Source: an uncultured Actinomycetes bacterium
GTDB lineage: Bacteria > Actinomycetota > Thermoleophilia > RBG-16-64-13
Direction of reading: 5' to 3'
DNA: 64,000 nt
NCBI GenBank assembly: GCA_963841735.1
Contig: CAWJDT010000001.1
Coordinates: 1,280,001 to 1,344,000 of the forward strand
The translations under genes were made by a program, and so were the position numbers. Under the pieces are notes generated by a model. The model was given only the letters and a program-made list of their open reading frames with translations. It searched no databases and was not told the origin of the DNA. Shown here piece by piece: positions 41,726-50,445 of this stretch (position 1 is the first letter of the stretch; every line of letters begins with the position of its first letter).

Positions 41726-42480
41726 CCGGAAAGGGCGGAGTCGGCAAGACCACGTTCAGCGCGCTTCTGGCATACGTGCTGGCGGAGGCGGGGAGGACGG
41801 TCTACGCCATCGACGCCGATCCCGACCCCACGCTGGGGGAAGCCCTCGGATTCCCCTCGTCTGTGCTGGCCCAGCTTGTCCCCATCGTTGAGATGAAGGA
41901 CCTAGTGGAAGAACGCACCGGTGCTCGTCCCGGTGAGTCCGGAGGTTACTTCCGTCTCAATCCACGTGTGGACGACATCCCGGCTAGGTTCTCGGTGTCG
42001 CACCGGGGCGTGCGTCTGCTCAAGATGGGCACGGTACGGGGGGCGGGCGCCGGGTGCGTATGTCCGGAGAACACCATGGTCCGCGCCTTGGTCACCCATC
42101 TGTTGCTGAGGGAGCAGGAGACCGTGCTCTTGGACATGGTGGCCGGCCTCGAGCATCTGGGACGGGGTACTGCCGGGGCGGTGGACGCCATGTACGTCGT
42201 GGTCGAACCCGGGCAGCGCAGTCTGGGAGTAGCCGCCGACATCGCGCACTTGGCCAAGGAAATAGGGATCCCCGCCATTTGGGCGGTGGCGAACAAGGTC
42301 CGTAGCGACGACGACCTGACCTTCATCCGCGAAAACCTTGCCGATCTGTCACTCGCCGGTTGGCTGCCATTGGACGGCCGCGTTGTAGACGCCGACATAC
42401 ATGCCGCGACGGCCTATGATGTCGCCCCGGAGTTGGCGGCGATTGTGAAAGAGATCGCCCGAGAGACCGGATTGCTCTAG
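41698..42480 (+). CDS. cooC: Second CooC nickel-insertion ATPase
   Basis: AGKGGVGKTT, IDADP, LNPRVDDIP, GCVCPEN, DMVAGLEHLGRGT. Confidence 0.92.
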   Translation: MEPGQKVAVAGKGGVGKTTFSALLAYVLAEAGRTVYAIDADPDPTLGEALGFPSSVLAQLVPIVEMKDLVEERTGARPGESGGYFRLNPRVDDIPARFSVSHRGVRLLKMGTVRGAGAGCVCPENTMVRALVTHLLLREQETVLLDMVAGLEHLGRGTAGAVDAMYVVVEPGQRSLGVAADIAHLAKEIGIPAIWAVANKVRSDDDLTFIRENLADLSLAGWLPLDGRVVDADIHAATAYDVAPELAAIVKEIARETGLL

Positions 42481-42755
42481 GGCCTGCCCAGAAGATCCTG
42501 GAAGCGCTGCGCCGCCCTCTCCTGCTCGGCGTCTTTCGCCGCGAGAACCTTGGAGGCCGCTTCGTCGAGCGCGGGCTTCTTCCGCTGGGCGTGCTCCAAA
42601 AGGACGTCTATGGTGACCTCACCCTGGTCTTTGGCAGCCTGCTTGAGTATGACCAGCAGCTCTTCTTGTAGCGAGCGCTGATTGGCGGCCGCTCGATTGC
42701 GAAGACTCCGGGCTACGTCGTCGGGCACGTTCTTGATTGAGAGGCTGACTGACAT
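42477..42755 (-). CDS. FitA/Arc-like ribbon-helix-helix protein
   Basis: LSIKNVPDDV...LRNRAAANQRSLQEEL. Confidence 0.8.
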   Translation of the reverse strand: MSVSLSIKNVPDDVARSLRNRAAANQRSLQEELLVILKQAAKDQGEVTIDVLLEHAQRKKPALDEAASKVLAAKDAEQERAAQRFQDLLGRP

Positions 42756-42786
42756 CCGGGTGGCTTCCCTCTGGTTTCTTGAGCCC

Positions 42787-42981
42787 CTAGTTGTATCTCC
42801 CCGGACCGGGGCTGGGTGCCCAGCAATGCCCCAAGCGGGATTGCTCGACCTTCACCTGGGCGGCGGCATCGCTCTCGGTGGGACTGAACCCCTGCGACAT
42901 GCGGCCGTTACACCACACTCTCCAGAGCCATAGGGGCCGCTCGGACGTCGATGATTCTGCCTCGCGGATCTCGATCCTCAT
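42787..42981 (-). CDS. Small hypothetical protein
   Basis: GAGAGGA RBS; WLWRVW...GFSPTESDA. Confidence 0.5.
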   Translation of the reverse strand: MRIEIREAESSTSERPLWLWRVWCNGRMSQGFSPTESDAAAQVKVEQSRLGHCWAPSPGPGRYN

Positions 42982-43102
42982 TACAGGGTTTCCTCTCGTA
43001 TGTCAGCCGCAGCGGGGTCTCGGGCGGGTGCGCAAGAGCGGGCGGGTCAAATAAATAAAGCAATTGGAGTGTACCACCCGGCGCCCGCGAGCAGCGCCAG
43101 AC

Positions 43103-43375
43103 CTAGACTTCGGCGGACCGGCTCCCTTTGATGCCACCCTGGTAGAGGTTGCGGTTGGTCCATTCGGTCTGCCATTGACCGCGCCGTCTGTAAGGTCCGT
43201 CAAGGTGGTAAGTGCCCCCCTCGGCGTCAACACAGATGCCAACTCCCATCCGGTCGGCGTGCTTCTTGGCAAGATCCAGGTAAGGGTGCCAGCCGATAGG
43301 ATCGCGGGTGCTTTCGACATCATCCGGATCCTGCAGACGAGAGACGACGTAGCGTACCTCTTTGTAGCTGCTCAC
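43103..43375 (-). CDS. Hypothetical protein
   Basis: GTG after AGGGAGG; 90-aa frame with no recognised family. Confidence 0.45.
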   Translation of the reverse strand: MSSYKEVRYVVSRLQDPDDVESTRDPIGWHPYLDLAKKHADRMGVGICVDAEGGTYHLDGPYRRRGQWQTEWTNRNLYQGGIKGSRSAEV

Positions 43376-43566
43376 TGGCGGCCTCCCTTCGTGAGCATAT
43401 GCGTGCATGGACTCTATCACGCGCGGAGCGGCGGCGTGTTATACTGCGGCCAAGCATTCGTCAGGAATATGCTTTAGGCGCAGCGCCGAGCCTCTCAACC
43501 TCCCCGCTCAGTCTCCAGTCTTTCCCTCTCGTCTGTCGCAATGTAACTCCGTTCATGGAGGCTGTA

Positions 43567-43938
43567 GTGAATTCAGCAAAACTGTACGTGGGCAATCTCA
43601 GTTATGAGACGTCCGAAGCAAGTATCAGGACCGCTTTCGAGGCTCACGGCGAAGTGACTTCGGTCGCCCTGATCACCGACCGCGACACCGGCCGCCCCAA
43701 AGGCTTCGGTTTCGTGGAGATGGGATCACCCGACGAAGCGCAGAAGGCCAAGGCCGCTCTTGACGGCACCCAGATGGACGGTCGCGCTCTCAAGGTCGAC
43801 GTTGCCAAGGAGCAGGTGGCTCGCGCCCCTCGTTCCGGCGGCGGCTTCGGTGGTGGCGGCGGCGGCTACGGTGGTGGCGGCGGCGGCGGAAGCCGCGGCG
43901 GCTTCGGTGGCGGCGGCGGCGGCGGTAACCGCTGGTAG
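43567..43938 (+). CDS. RRM RNA-binding protein with Gly-rich tail
   Basis: RNP2 LYVGNL, RNP1 KGFGFVEM, GGGF/Y repeats; TGnTATACT about 120 nt upstream. Confidence 0.95.
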   Translation: MNSAKLYVGNLSYETSEASIRTAFEAHGEVTSVALITDRDTGRPKGFGFVEMGSPDEAQKAKAALDGTQMDGRALKVDVAKEQVARAPRSGGGFGGGGGGYGGGGGGGSRGGFGGGGGGGNRW

Positions 43939-43973
43939 TAGTCGCCCCGCGACTTACTCCTCACACTAGTGAC

Positions 43974-44060
43974 GAAACGCCGGCCTTCGGGCCGGCGTTT
44001 CTGTTTGTAAGCACAAGAAGAAGAGGCCCGGAAATCCGGGCCTCTTCTTTGCTTTTGCTT
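43974..44060. terminator. Tandem intrinsic terminators between convergent genes
   Basis: GAAACGCCGGCC-TTCG-GGCCGGCGTTTC and AAGAAGAGGCCCGG-AAAT-CCGGGCCTCTTCTTT. Confidence 0.85.
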
Positions 44061-44143
44061 TCACTGCCACCCGGGGTCACATGACCCCGGGAACGGCGGT
44101 TCGAGCCGCGCAGCCGGCCCTAGGGCCGGCTGCGCGCGCTGTC

Positions 44144-45736
44144 CTAGCTCTTCAGGATGGCTTCCGCCTCGGCGCGATTTGCGTCCATCAAGTAGGGGAT
44201 GCCGGTGACCCGGGTGCATTCTTCGGTGAGACTCATGAGGTCGGCACGGCGGATGGCGCCGATATTGAAAGCCCGCGCACCGGCCATCAGTTGTTGGAGA
44301 CCTACCCGAAGCTTCTGGGCGTAGGAGTAGAAGCCCACAGCGCCCAGCGGGAAGTTCTTCATCTCGTCCTTGCCGATGATGTCGGAGACTTCCTCCCAGC
44401 AGACGAAGATCTCTTCGGGAGTGCTGCCGTACTGGCCGACGGTGTTGGGTAGCCCGCCGTTGTTCATCCACATGCCGGCGTTCTTGCCCACCATGCCTGG
44501 GATCATGAGTGCTCGTCCCATGCAGACCGCCTTCGTGAAGGGCGCGCCCAGGGAGAGGGCCTTGAATATATGGTCCTCGGCGCTGAAGCCGCCGCCGAAG
44601 GCCAGGTCGGGCACGCGCTTGCCCAGGGCCGTCAGCTGGGCGGCAAAGTCGGCCGCGGCAGAGTGCAGGTAGAGGCTGGGCATGCCCCACTCTTCCATCA
44701 TGCGCCACGGGCTCATACCGGTGCCGCCGGGAGCACCGTCGATGGTGAGCAGGTCGATCTTAGCTTCGCTGCCCCACCTGAGTGCCATTGCCAGTTCGCG
44801 CAGCCCGTAAGCGCCTGTCTTGAGGGTGATGCGCTTGTAGCCAAGGCTGCGCAGCCGTTGGCACTCGGCCAGGAAGCCCTCTTCATCTATGAAGCCGAGG
44901 CGGCTGTGCCGCTCGAACTGCTTGAGAGCGCCGTCCTTGAAGGCCGCCTGGGTGATGGGGTCGGACGGATCGGGAGTGACGATGTAGCCACGCTTCTGCA
45001 GCTCGAGGGCCCGCTCGAGCGAGCCGACCTTGATCTCTCCGCCGATGCACTTGGCGCCCTGGCCCCACTTCAGCTCGATGGTGTCGAGGCCGTGCTTTTC
45101 GATGACATACTCGGCCACGCCCAGGCGCGTGTCTTCGACGTTCATCTGCACGAGAAGCTCACCGTAGCCGCGGTGATAGCGCTTGTAGGTCTCGATACGG
45201 CGGTCCATGTCGGGCGAGAGCTTGATCTTGCCCTTGGCGTCCAGTTCCAGTCCCGGATCGATGCCGCAGACGTTCTCGCCGCACACGCAGGTCACGCCGC
45301 TGATGGCAGCGCCCGTGGCGAAGTGCTCCCAGTTCTTGCGCGCGACTTCGGTGGAGCCCAGAGCGCCGGTGAACATCGGCGCCAGCATCTTCACCTTGAG
45401 GTCCCAGCCGTATTCGGTGCCGACGTTGACGTCGGGGAACGTGCAGGTGTCGGGGCTGGCCACAACGCCCTCGGGTAGGCCTTCGCCGCCAAGGGCGTAG
45501 CCCTGGATGTTCAGGTGTGAGTAGTCCACCGGGTAGTCTTTGTCGCCGCCGGCGGTGATGGAGCCGAATGGGCCGGGGTAGATGACCTCCCGTCCGCGGA
45601 AGGTGGCCTGAAAGACTTCGCAGTTGCCACGGCAACCGTCGATGCATCGGGTGCAAAGGCCAGAGCCGGGGACGACGCTACGTGAGCGGTTGGAAGTCTG
45701 GGATACGTCATTCGCATTGGGTCGCTGCAGATTCAC
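44144..45736 (-). CDS. Stand-alone FMN-binding glutamate synthase domain protein
   Basis: N-terminal CTRCIDGCRGNC; ELKWGQGAKCIGGE, LKTG, TIDGAPGGTG, GGGF, VCMGRA. Confidence 0.9.
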   Translation of the reverse strand: MNLQRPNANDVSQTSNRSRSVVPGSGLCTRCIDGCRGNCEVFQATFRGREVIYPGPFGSITAGGDKDYPVDYSHLNIQGYALGGEGLPEGVVASPDTCTFPDVNVGTEYGWDLKVKMLAPMFTGALGSTEVARKNWEHFATGAAISGVTCVCGENVCGIDPGLELDAKGKIKLSPDMDRRIETYKRYHRGYGELLVQMNVEDTRLGVAEYVIEKHGLDTIELKWGQGAKCIGGEIKVGSLERALELQKRGYIVTPDPSDPITQAAFKDGALKQFERHSRLGFIDEEGFLAECQRLRSLGYKRITLKTGAYGLRELAMALRWGSEAKIDLLTIDGAPGGTGMSPWRMMEEWGMPSLYLHSAAADFAAQLTALGKRVPDLAFGGGFSAEDHIFKALSLGAPFTKAVCMGRALMIPGMVGKNAGMWMNNGGLPNTVGQYGSTPEEIFVCWEEVSDIIGKDEMKNFPLGAVGFYSYAQKLRVGLQQLMAGARAFNIGAIRRADLMSLTEECTRVTGIPYLMDANRAEAEAILKS

Positions 45737-45786
45737 TATCGGTCTCCTTCAGCGTTACTGGATTGCCTGATTGTCTCGTTATGCCG

Positions 45787-46491
45787 CTAGTTCTCGGCCA
45801 GGACCCCACGTAGCTGCCACCGGACGCACTGGAAACCTCGGCCCAGTTCGCACATGACGCAGGTGTCGGGGATGTTCTCGACCATAGTCGTTTGGGATTC
45901 GCAGAGCCCGCAGATGCCCGGCTCGGTCTGAGGGCCGGGGCAGGGGGTGATGGTCATGGGGCAGACCTCGACGCAGCTGTTGCAGCGCTTGCAGAGGTCG
46001 GGCCTTTTGTCGAAGGGCAGGGCCACGTGCCGGTCGGCGCCCCGTCCCACAAAGCCCAGGGAGTGCGACTGCCATACCTCGCCACAGATGCGCACGCACT
46101 TGCCGCAAAGGACGCAGTTGTTATTGCGCATGGGGTAGCGCGAACGGGTGACGCCCACCCGCGCGGCCAGGTCTTGGATGGCGCGGGAGTTCGGGGCCTC
46201 GGCCAGCAGGAGCTCCACGATGTTCCGCCGCGCGCGCATCACCGCTTCGGTGTGCGCCTCCACCACCAGGCCCTCTCGGGCCTCCAGGGTGCACGACGCG
46301 GTCATCTTGCGCCGGCCGTTCTCGACGACTTCTACGATGCAGACCCGGCACGCACCGATGGGGCTGACTCCGGGCATGTGACACAGATTGGGGATGCAGA
46401 TCCCCGCCTCGAGGGCCGCTTCCAGCACGCTGGATCCCTCTGGCGCCTGGATCTGGGCCCCGTCTACCGTGATTGTGACTGTCTTTGCCAT
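45787..46491 (-). CDS. HydA/NuoG N-terminal-like Fe-S subunit with extra Cys-rich tail
   Basis: IPNLCH, GACRVC, ASC, CVLCGKCVRIC, CKRCNSCVEVCP; tail CGLC...CVMC...C. Confidence 0.88.
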   Translation of the reverse strand: MAKTVTITVDGAQIQAPEGSSVLEAALEAGICIPNLCHMPGVSPIGACRVCIVEVVENGRRKMTASCTLEAREGLVVEAHTEAVMRARRNIVELLLAEAPNSRAIQDLAARVGVTRSRYPMRNNNCVLCGKCVRICGEVWQSHSLGFVGRGADRHVALPFDKRPDLCKRCNSCVEVCPMTITPCPGPQTEPGICGLCESQTTMVENIPDTCVMCELGRGFQCVRWQLRGVLAEN

Positions 46492-46502
46492 GGAATGACC
46501 TC

Positions 46503-48350
46503 TCAGACTCTGCCAATGGCATCGGAGGGGCACGACTCCGTACATTCGCCGCATCCCTGGCACAACTCCGGGTCTATCCGGAAGGCGTCGTCCTCGCTGA
46601 TAGCGCTGTGCGGACAAGCGTCGAGACAGGCTCCGCACTGTGCGCAGAGATCCTGGTCGATCTCATACTTCACGAGCGCCTTGCAGACGCCGGCGGGACA
46701 GCAATGGTCTTTGATGTGAGCCTCGTACTCGTTCTCGAAGTAGCGCAAAGTCGAGAGCACCGGGTTGGGAGCTGTCTTGCCCAGCGCGCATAGCGACCCG
46801 ACCGACATAGTCCAGGCCAGGTCTCTCAGCGTGTCCAGTTGCCTGGCGTTGCCGCGGCCTTCGGTAATATCGGTGAGGATCTCGAGCATCCGGTCGGTGC
46901 CCAACCTGCAGGGCACGCATTTGCCGCAGGATTCCTCTTTGAGGAACTTGAGGAAGTACTTGGCCACGTCGACCATACAGGCCGATTCGTCCATGACCAC
47001 CATGCCGCCCGAACCCATCATCGAGCCGGCCTCCGCCAGGGCCTCGTAGTCCACCGGGAGGTCGAACTGCGAGACCGGCAGGCAGCCACCCGACGGCCCG
47101 CCCGTCTGCACCGCTTTGATGGTTTTGCCGTTCTGCGCGCCGCCGCCGATATCGAAGATGATCTGCCGGAGCGTCGTGCCCATCTCGACCTCGACCAGTC
47201 CGGTGTTCTTCACGTGACCGGTAAGGGCGAAGACCTTGGTGCCCTTGCTCTTCTGGGTGCCCTTGCCCGCGAACCAAGCCGCCCCGTTCAGGATGATGCG
47301 GGGGACGTTGGCCCAAGTCTCAACGTTGTTGAGAGCGGTCGGCAGGTCCAGATAGCCGCGTTCGACCGTGTGGACGTCCTTGGGCCGGGGTTCGCCGACT
47401 TCGCCCTCCAGAGAAGCCATGAGCGCGGTGGACTCTCCGCAGATGAAGGCCCCACCGCCCCGGGCCACTTTTACGTCGAAGCTATAGCCGGTGCCCAGGA
47501 TGTTGTCTCCCAAGAGGCCGAGGTCCCGCGCTCGTTCGATGGCCTCGCGAGTGTTCATAACCGCAAGGGGATACTCGTTTCGCACATAAACGTAGCCCTG
47601 ACGGGAACCGACCGCATACGCGCCGATCATCATCCCCTCAAGGATCGAATGCGGATTGCCCTCGAGCAGGCCGCGGTCCATGTAGGCCCCGGGGTCTCCC
47701 TCGTCGGCATTGCAGACTACATACCGCTCGCTGCCAGGAGCGCTGCGGCACTGTTCCCACTTGCGGGCCGTCGAGTATCCGCCGCCTCCGCGGCCTCGTA
47801 GGCCCGACAGCTTGATCTCGGCGATCACGGCTTCGGGGTCCATGGAAGTGAGCACGCGGCCCAACGCCGAGTAGCCTCCGGAAGCGATGTAGTCTCCGAT
47901 ATCGCAGGGGTCGACAAGCCGGTTACGGCCGATAAGCTCCCGGTCCTGCTTTGCGAAGAAGGGGAGGTCTGCCGGCGTGCGGGCTATCTGGCCGGTGGTG
48001 TCATCGGTGTAGCAGAGCCGATCGATCACTCGGCCGTTCATCACCGATTCGGAGACGATCTCGGCCACATCTGCTGGAGTGACCTTGCAGTACAGAACGT
48101 CGAGAGGCTCGACTATGAGCAGCGGCTCCTGCTGGCAGAAGCCCTGGCAGCCGGTGACGCGGACATTGACCTCGTCGGTCAGGCCGTTCTCGTCGAGACG
48201 GGCGCGCACTGCCTGAAGGACGGCCAGCGAGCCTGATGCCTCCCCGCACGTGCCGCTCGACAGCGTGATGCGCATGGGCCACGCCTGCCGCTCCCTGGCC
48301 AGTCCCTCCCTGAACGACGCTAGGGCCTCCGGGTCTTGCAGTCTAGGCAT
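46503..48350 (-). CDS. Second HydB/NuoF-like subunit
   Basis: GRGGGGY, NADEGDPGAYMDR, ESCGKCVPCRLG, HIKDHCCPAGVC, two 4Fe-4S motifs. Confidence 0.95.
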   Translation of the reverse strand: MPRLQDPEALASFREGLARERQAWPMRITLSSGTCGEASGSLAVLQAVRARLDENGLTDEVNVRVTGCQGFCQQEPLLIVEPLDVLYCKVTPADVAEIVSESVMNGRVIDRLCYTDDTTGQIARTPADLPFFAKQDRELIGRNRLVDPCDIGDYIASGGYSALGRVLTSMDPEAVIAEIKLSGLRGRGGGGYSTARKWEQCRSAPGSERYVVCNADEGDPGAYMDRGLLEGNPHSILEGMMIGAYAVGSRQGYVYVRNEYPLAVMNTREAIERARDLGLLGDNILGTGYSFDVKVARGGGAFICGESTALMASLEGEVGEPRPKDVHTVERGYLDLPTALNNVETWANVPRIILNGAAWFAGKGTQKSKGTKVFALTGHVKNTGLVEVEMGTTLRQIIFDIGGGAQNGKTIKAVQTGGPSGGCLPVSQFDLPVDYEALAEAGSMMGSGGMVVMDESACMVDVAKYFLKFLKEESCGKCVPCRLGTDRMLEILTDITEGRGNARQLDTLRDLAWTMSVGSLCALGKTAPNPVLSTLRYFENEYEAHIKDHCCPAGVCKALVKYEIDQDLCAQCGACLDACPHSAISEDDAFRIDPELCQGCGECTESCPSDAIGRV

Positions 48351-48858
48351 TGGCGATCACCTCATTGTTGCCGGCGTGGCTTTCACCAGCTGCTGCACCG
48401 TCCGTCGCGCGGACGTCGCCAAGCAGCGTTTTCAACTTGGCCGGGGTCATGTGGTCGTGATACACGCCGTCGATCACCACCACCGGGCTCAGAGCACAGG
48501 CTCCGAGGCAGTTGACGGTTTCGAGGGTGAACGCCCTGTCTTCGGTGGTATCGCCGGGCTGGACTTTGAGTTGCGCGGTCACCTCGTCGAGCAGCTTGGG
48601 TGCTCCCCGGACGTGGCAGGCCGTGCCCGCACAGACCGTCAAGAGATGACGTCCGCGGGGCTTTAGGCTGAAAGCCTTGTAGAAGTTGGCCAGGCGGAAT
48701 ACTTCGATGAGTGGCATGTCAAATGAGGCGGAGACCTGACGGAGCACCTCCTCAGGGAGGTATCCGCACTGCCCCTGGATGTCGTGCAAGACCTCCATGA
48801 TGGCGAACGGCTCCGTGCCGCGGTTTTCGATGATCGTTTCGAGGTTACTCGTTTCCAT
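48343..48858 (-). CDS. Second HydC/NuoE-like subunit
   Basis: LANFY, VCAGTACHVRG, NCLGACALSP. Confidence 0.95.
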   Translation of the reverse strand: METSNLETIIENRGTEPFAIMEVLHDIQGQCGYLPEEVLRQVSASFDMPLIEVFRLANFYKAFSLKPRGRHLLTVCAGTACHVRGAPKLLDEVTAQLKVQPGDTTEDRAFTLETVNCLGACALSPVVVIDGVYHDHMTPAKLKTLLGDVRATDGAAAGESHAGNNEVIANA

Positions 48859-49052
48859 GCTTTCTCCGGGCCCTCCTGACCTTCACGCGCTTCGCACCTT
48901 GCCGGGAGATTTGCGCGTCTCCTCGCTGTTTGACGCGTACCGGCCGTATCTTGCCAAGCCTTTCGCCCGCAAACGCAGAAGAGGGATCGAGCCATAAAGC
49001 CCTATCTCGCGGCCCTGCTCCGAAGACCGGCGCGCCATGCATCGGTGCTTGT

Positions 49053-49318
49053 GGCATCTAATTGCCGCGCCACTGTAGCAGCAGGTTGCGCAAACAGCAA
49101 CATAAGCAGCCAGTATTGGGCGCGGGGAGTTGGACTGCGGCGGCAATATTGCCGGTAGCGGTGCGGCAAGTGTCCTTCTTTCTGCCGGCCGTGGGAGCGG
49201 GAGACCTTCCCCCGTGTTGGGTGTGGCAGCGGGTGTTGGCGCGATTTGTTCCCGTCCACGCGACGGGCGACAAGCGGCATAATTGCCGCTGGCACTAAGG
49301 ACATCGGCAGATTTGCTG
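49053..49318. promoter_or_regulatory. Repeated GGCA-N4/N6-TGCC palindromes, candidate NrpR operators
   Basis: 49053 GGCATCTAATTGCC; 49141 CGGCAATATTGCCG; 49273 AGCGGCATAATTGCCGCT; 49305 CGGCAGATTTGCTG. Confidence 0.6.
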
Positions 49319-49333
49319 GTAAGATTTGCTTGT

Positions 49334-50344
49334 ATGAGAGAGAGCACCGAAGAGAAACGTCTCGCTATCCTGCGGATACTCCGCGAGGCTGCAGGACCGC
49401 TGGGGAGCTCCAAGATCACGGAGCGGCTCTCGGCGATGGGTCACGATGTGAGCGAGAGAACCGTGCGCTTTCACCTGCTCGACATGGACAAGGGCGGGCT
49501 TACGCAGAACCTGGGCCGCAACGGGCGGGCCATCACGCCTCGGGGCCTGAGCGAGGTAGACACCTCCAGGGGCTTCGAGAGGGTCGGCATCCTGTCGGCC
49601 AAGATCGATCAGATGACCTACAAGATGGACTTTGATCTGGTCAAGAAGGCGGGCACGGTGGTGGTGAACGTGAGCGTCATCCCCAGAGACCAACTCGAGC
49701 GCTCCATTCCTCTTATGAGCCGGGTGTTTGCCGCCGGCTACGCCATGGGCAAGCTTATCGCGCTGCTGCAGCCCGGTGAGAGCGTCGGGCAGATGGCCGT
49801 ACCCGAGGGTAACGTGGGCATAGCCACCGTATGCTCGATCACGGTGAACGGAGTGCTGGTGGCCAACGGAATCCCCACCAACTCGCGTTTTGGGGGACTA
49901 CTGGAGATGCGTGAGCACAGAGCGACCCACTTCGCCGAGTGGATCAACTACGACGGCACGACCCTGGACCCGCTGGAGATATTTATCCGCAGCGTCATGA
50001 CCGACTATGTAGGGGCCACGCGGACGGGCAACGGCCTCATCGGCGCCAGCTTCCGGGAGGTGCCTGCCGACAGCCGCGATCACGTGCTGGAGCTTGGCCG
50101 CCAGATGGACCAGGTCGGTTTGGGCGCCATCCACTTGGTTGGTTGGCCTGGGCGCCCGCTTCTGGAGATCCCGGTGAGTGAGGGGCGCCTCGGCATTGTG
50201 GTGGTGGGTGGACTGAATCCGGTGGCCATCCTAGAAGAGAAGGGTATCCCGGTGTTTCGCACAGGGGCATTGGCCGGGCTTATGGACTACGGACGGCTGT
50301 TCCACTACGAAGAACTGGGCGAGCGCGCTCGTCTGCTCGACTGA
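49334..50344 (+). CDS. nrpR: NrpR nitrogen regulator (wHTH + NRD/DUF128)
   Basis: SERTVRFHL, TVCSITVNGVL, FGGLLE, YDGTTLDPLEIFI, VGGLNPVA. Confidence 0.92.
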   Translation: MRESTEEKRLAILRILREAAGPLGSSKITERLSAMGHDVSERTVRFHLLDMDKGGLTQNLGRNGRAITPRGLSEVDTSRGFERVGILSAKIDQMTYKMDFDLVKKAGTVVVNVSVIPRDQLERSIPLMSRVFAAGYAMGKLIALLQPGESVGQMAVPEGNVGIATVCSITVNGVLVANGIPTNSRFGGLLEMREHRATHFAEWINYDGTTLDPLEIFIRSVMTDYVGATRTGNGLIGASFREVPADSRDHVLELGRQMDQVGLGAIHLVGWPGRPLLEIPVSEGRLGIVVVGGLNPVAILEEKGIPVFRTGALAGLMDYGRLFHYEELGERARLLD

Positions 50345-50445
50345 GCGCAAACGAGCATCCGACTCAGCTTGCGTGCCGGTGCTAACACAATCGGCCCTTC
50401 TCCCACTATCATATGACTGTCGCTACCCGGCACGAGAGGAAACAG

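Noticed and set aside
43838-43927. GGC tandem repeat
   Set aside because: Encodes the Gly-rich tail of the RRM protein; not an independent element.
44070-44140. tRNA-like GGTTCGAG with hairpins
   Set aside because: No acceptor stem or cloverleaf; three independent GC hairpins downstream of a gene.
49052-49065. Sigma-54 promoter TGGCAT...TTGC
   Set aside because: GG-to-GC spacing is one base short; better explained as a GGCA-N6-TGCC palindrome.
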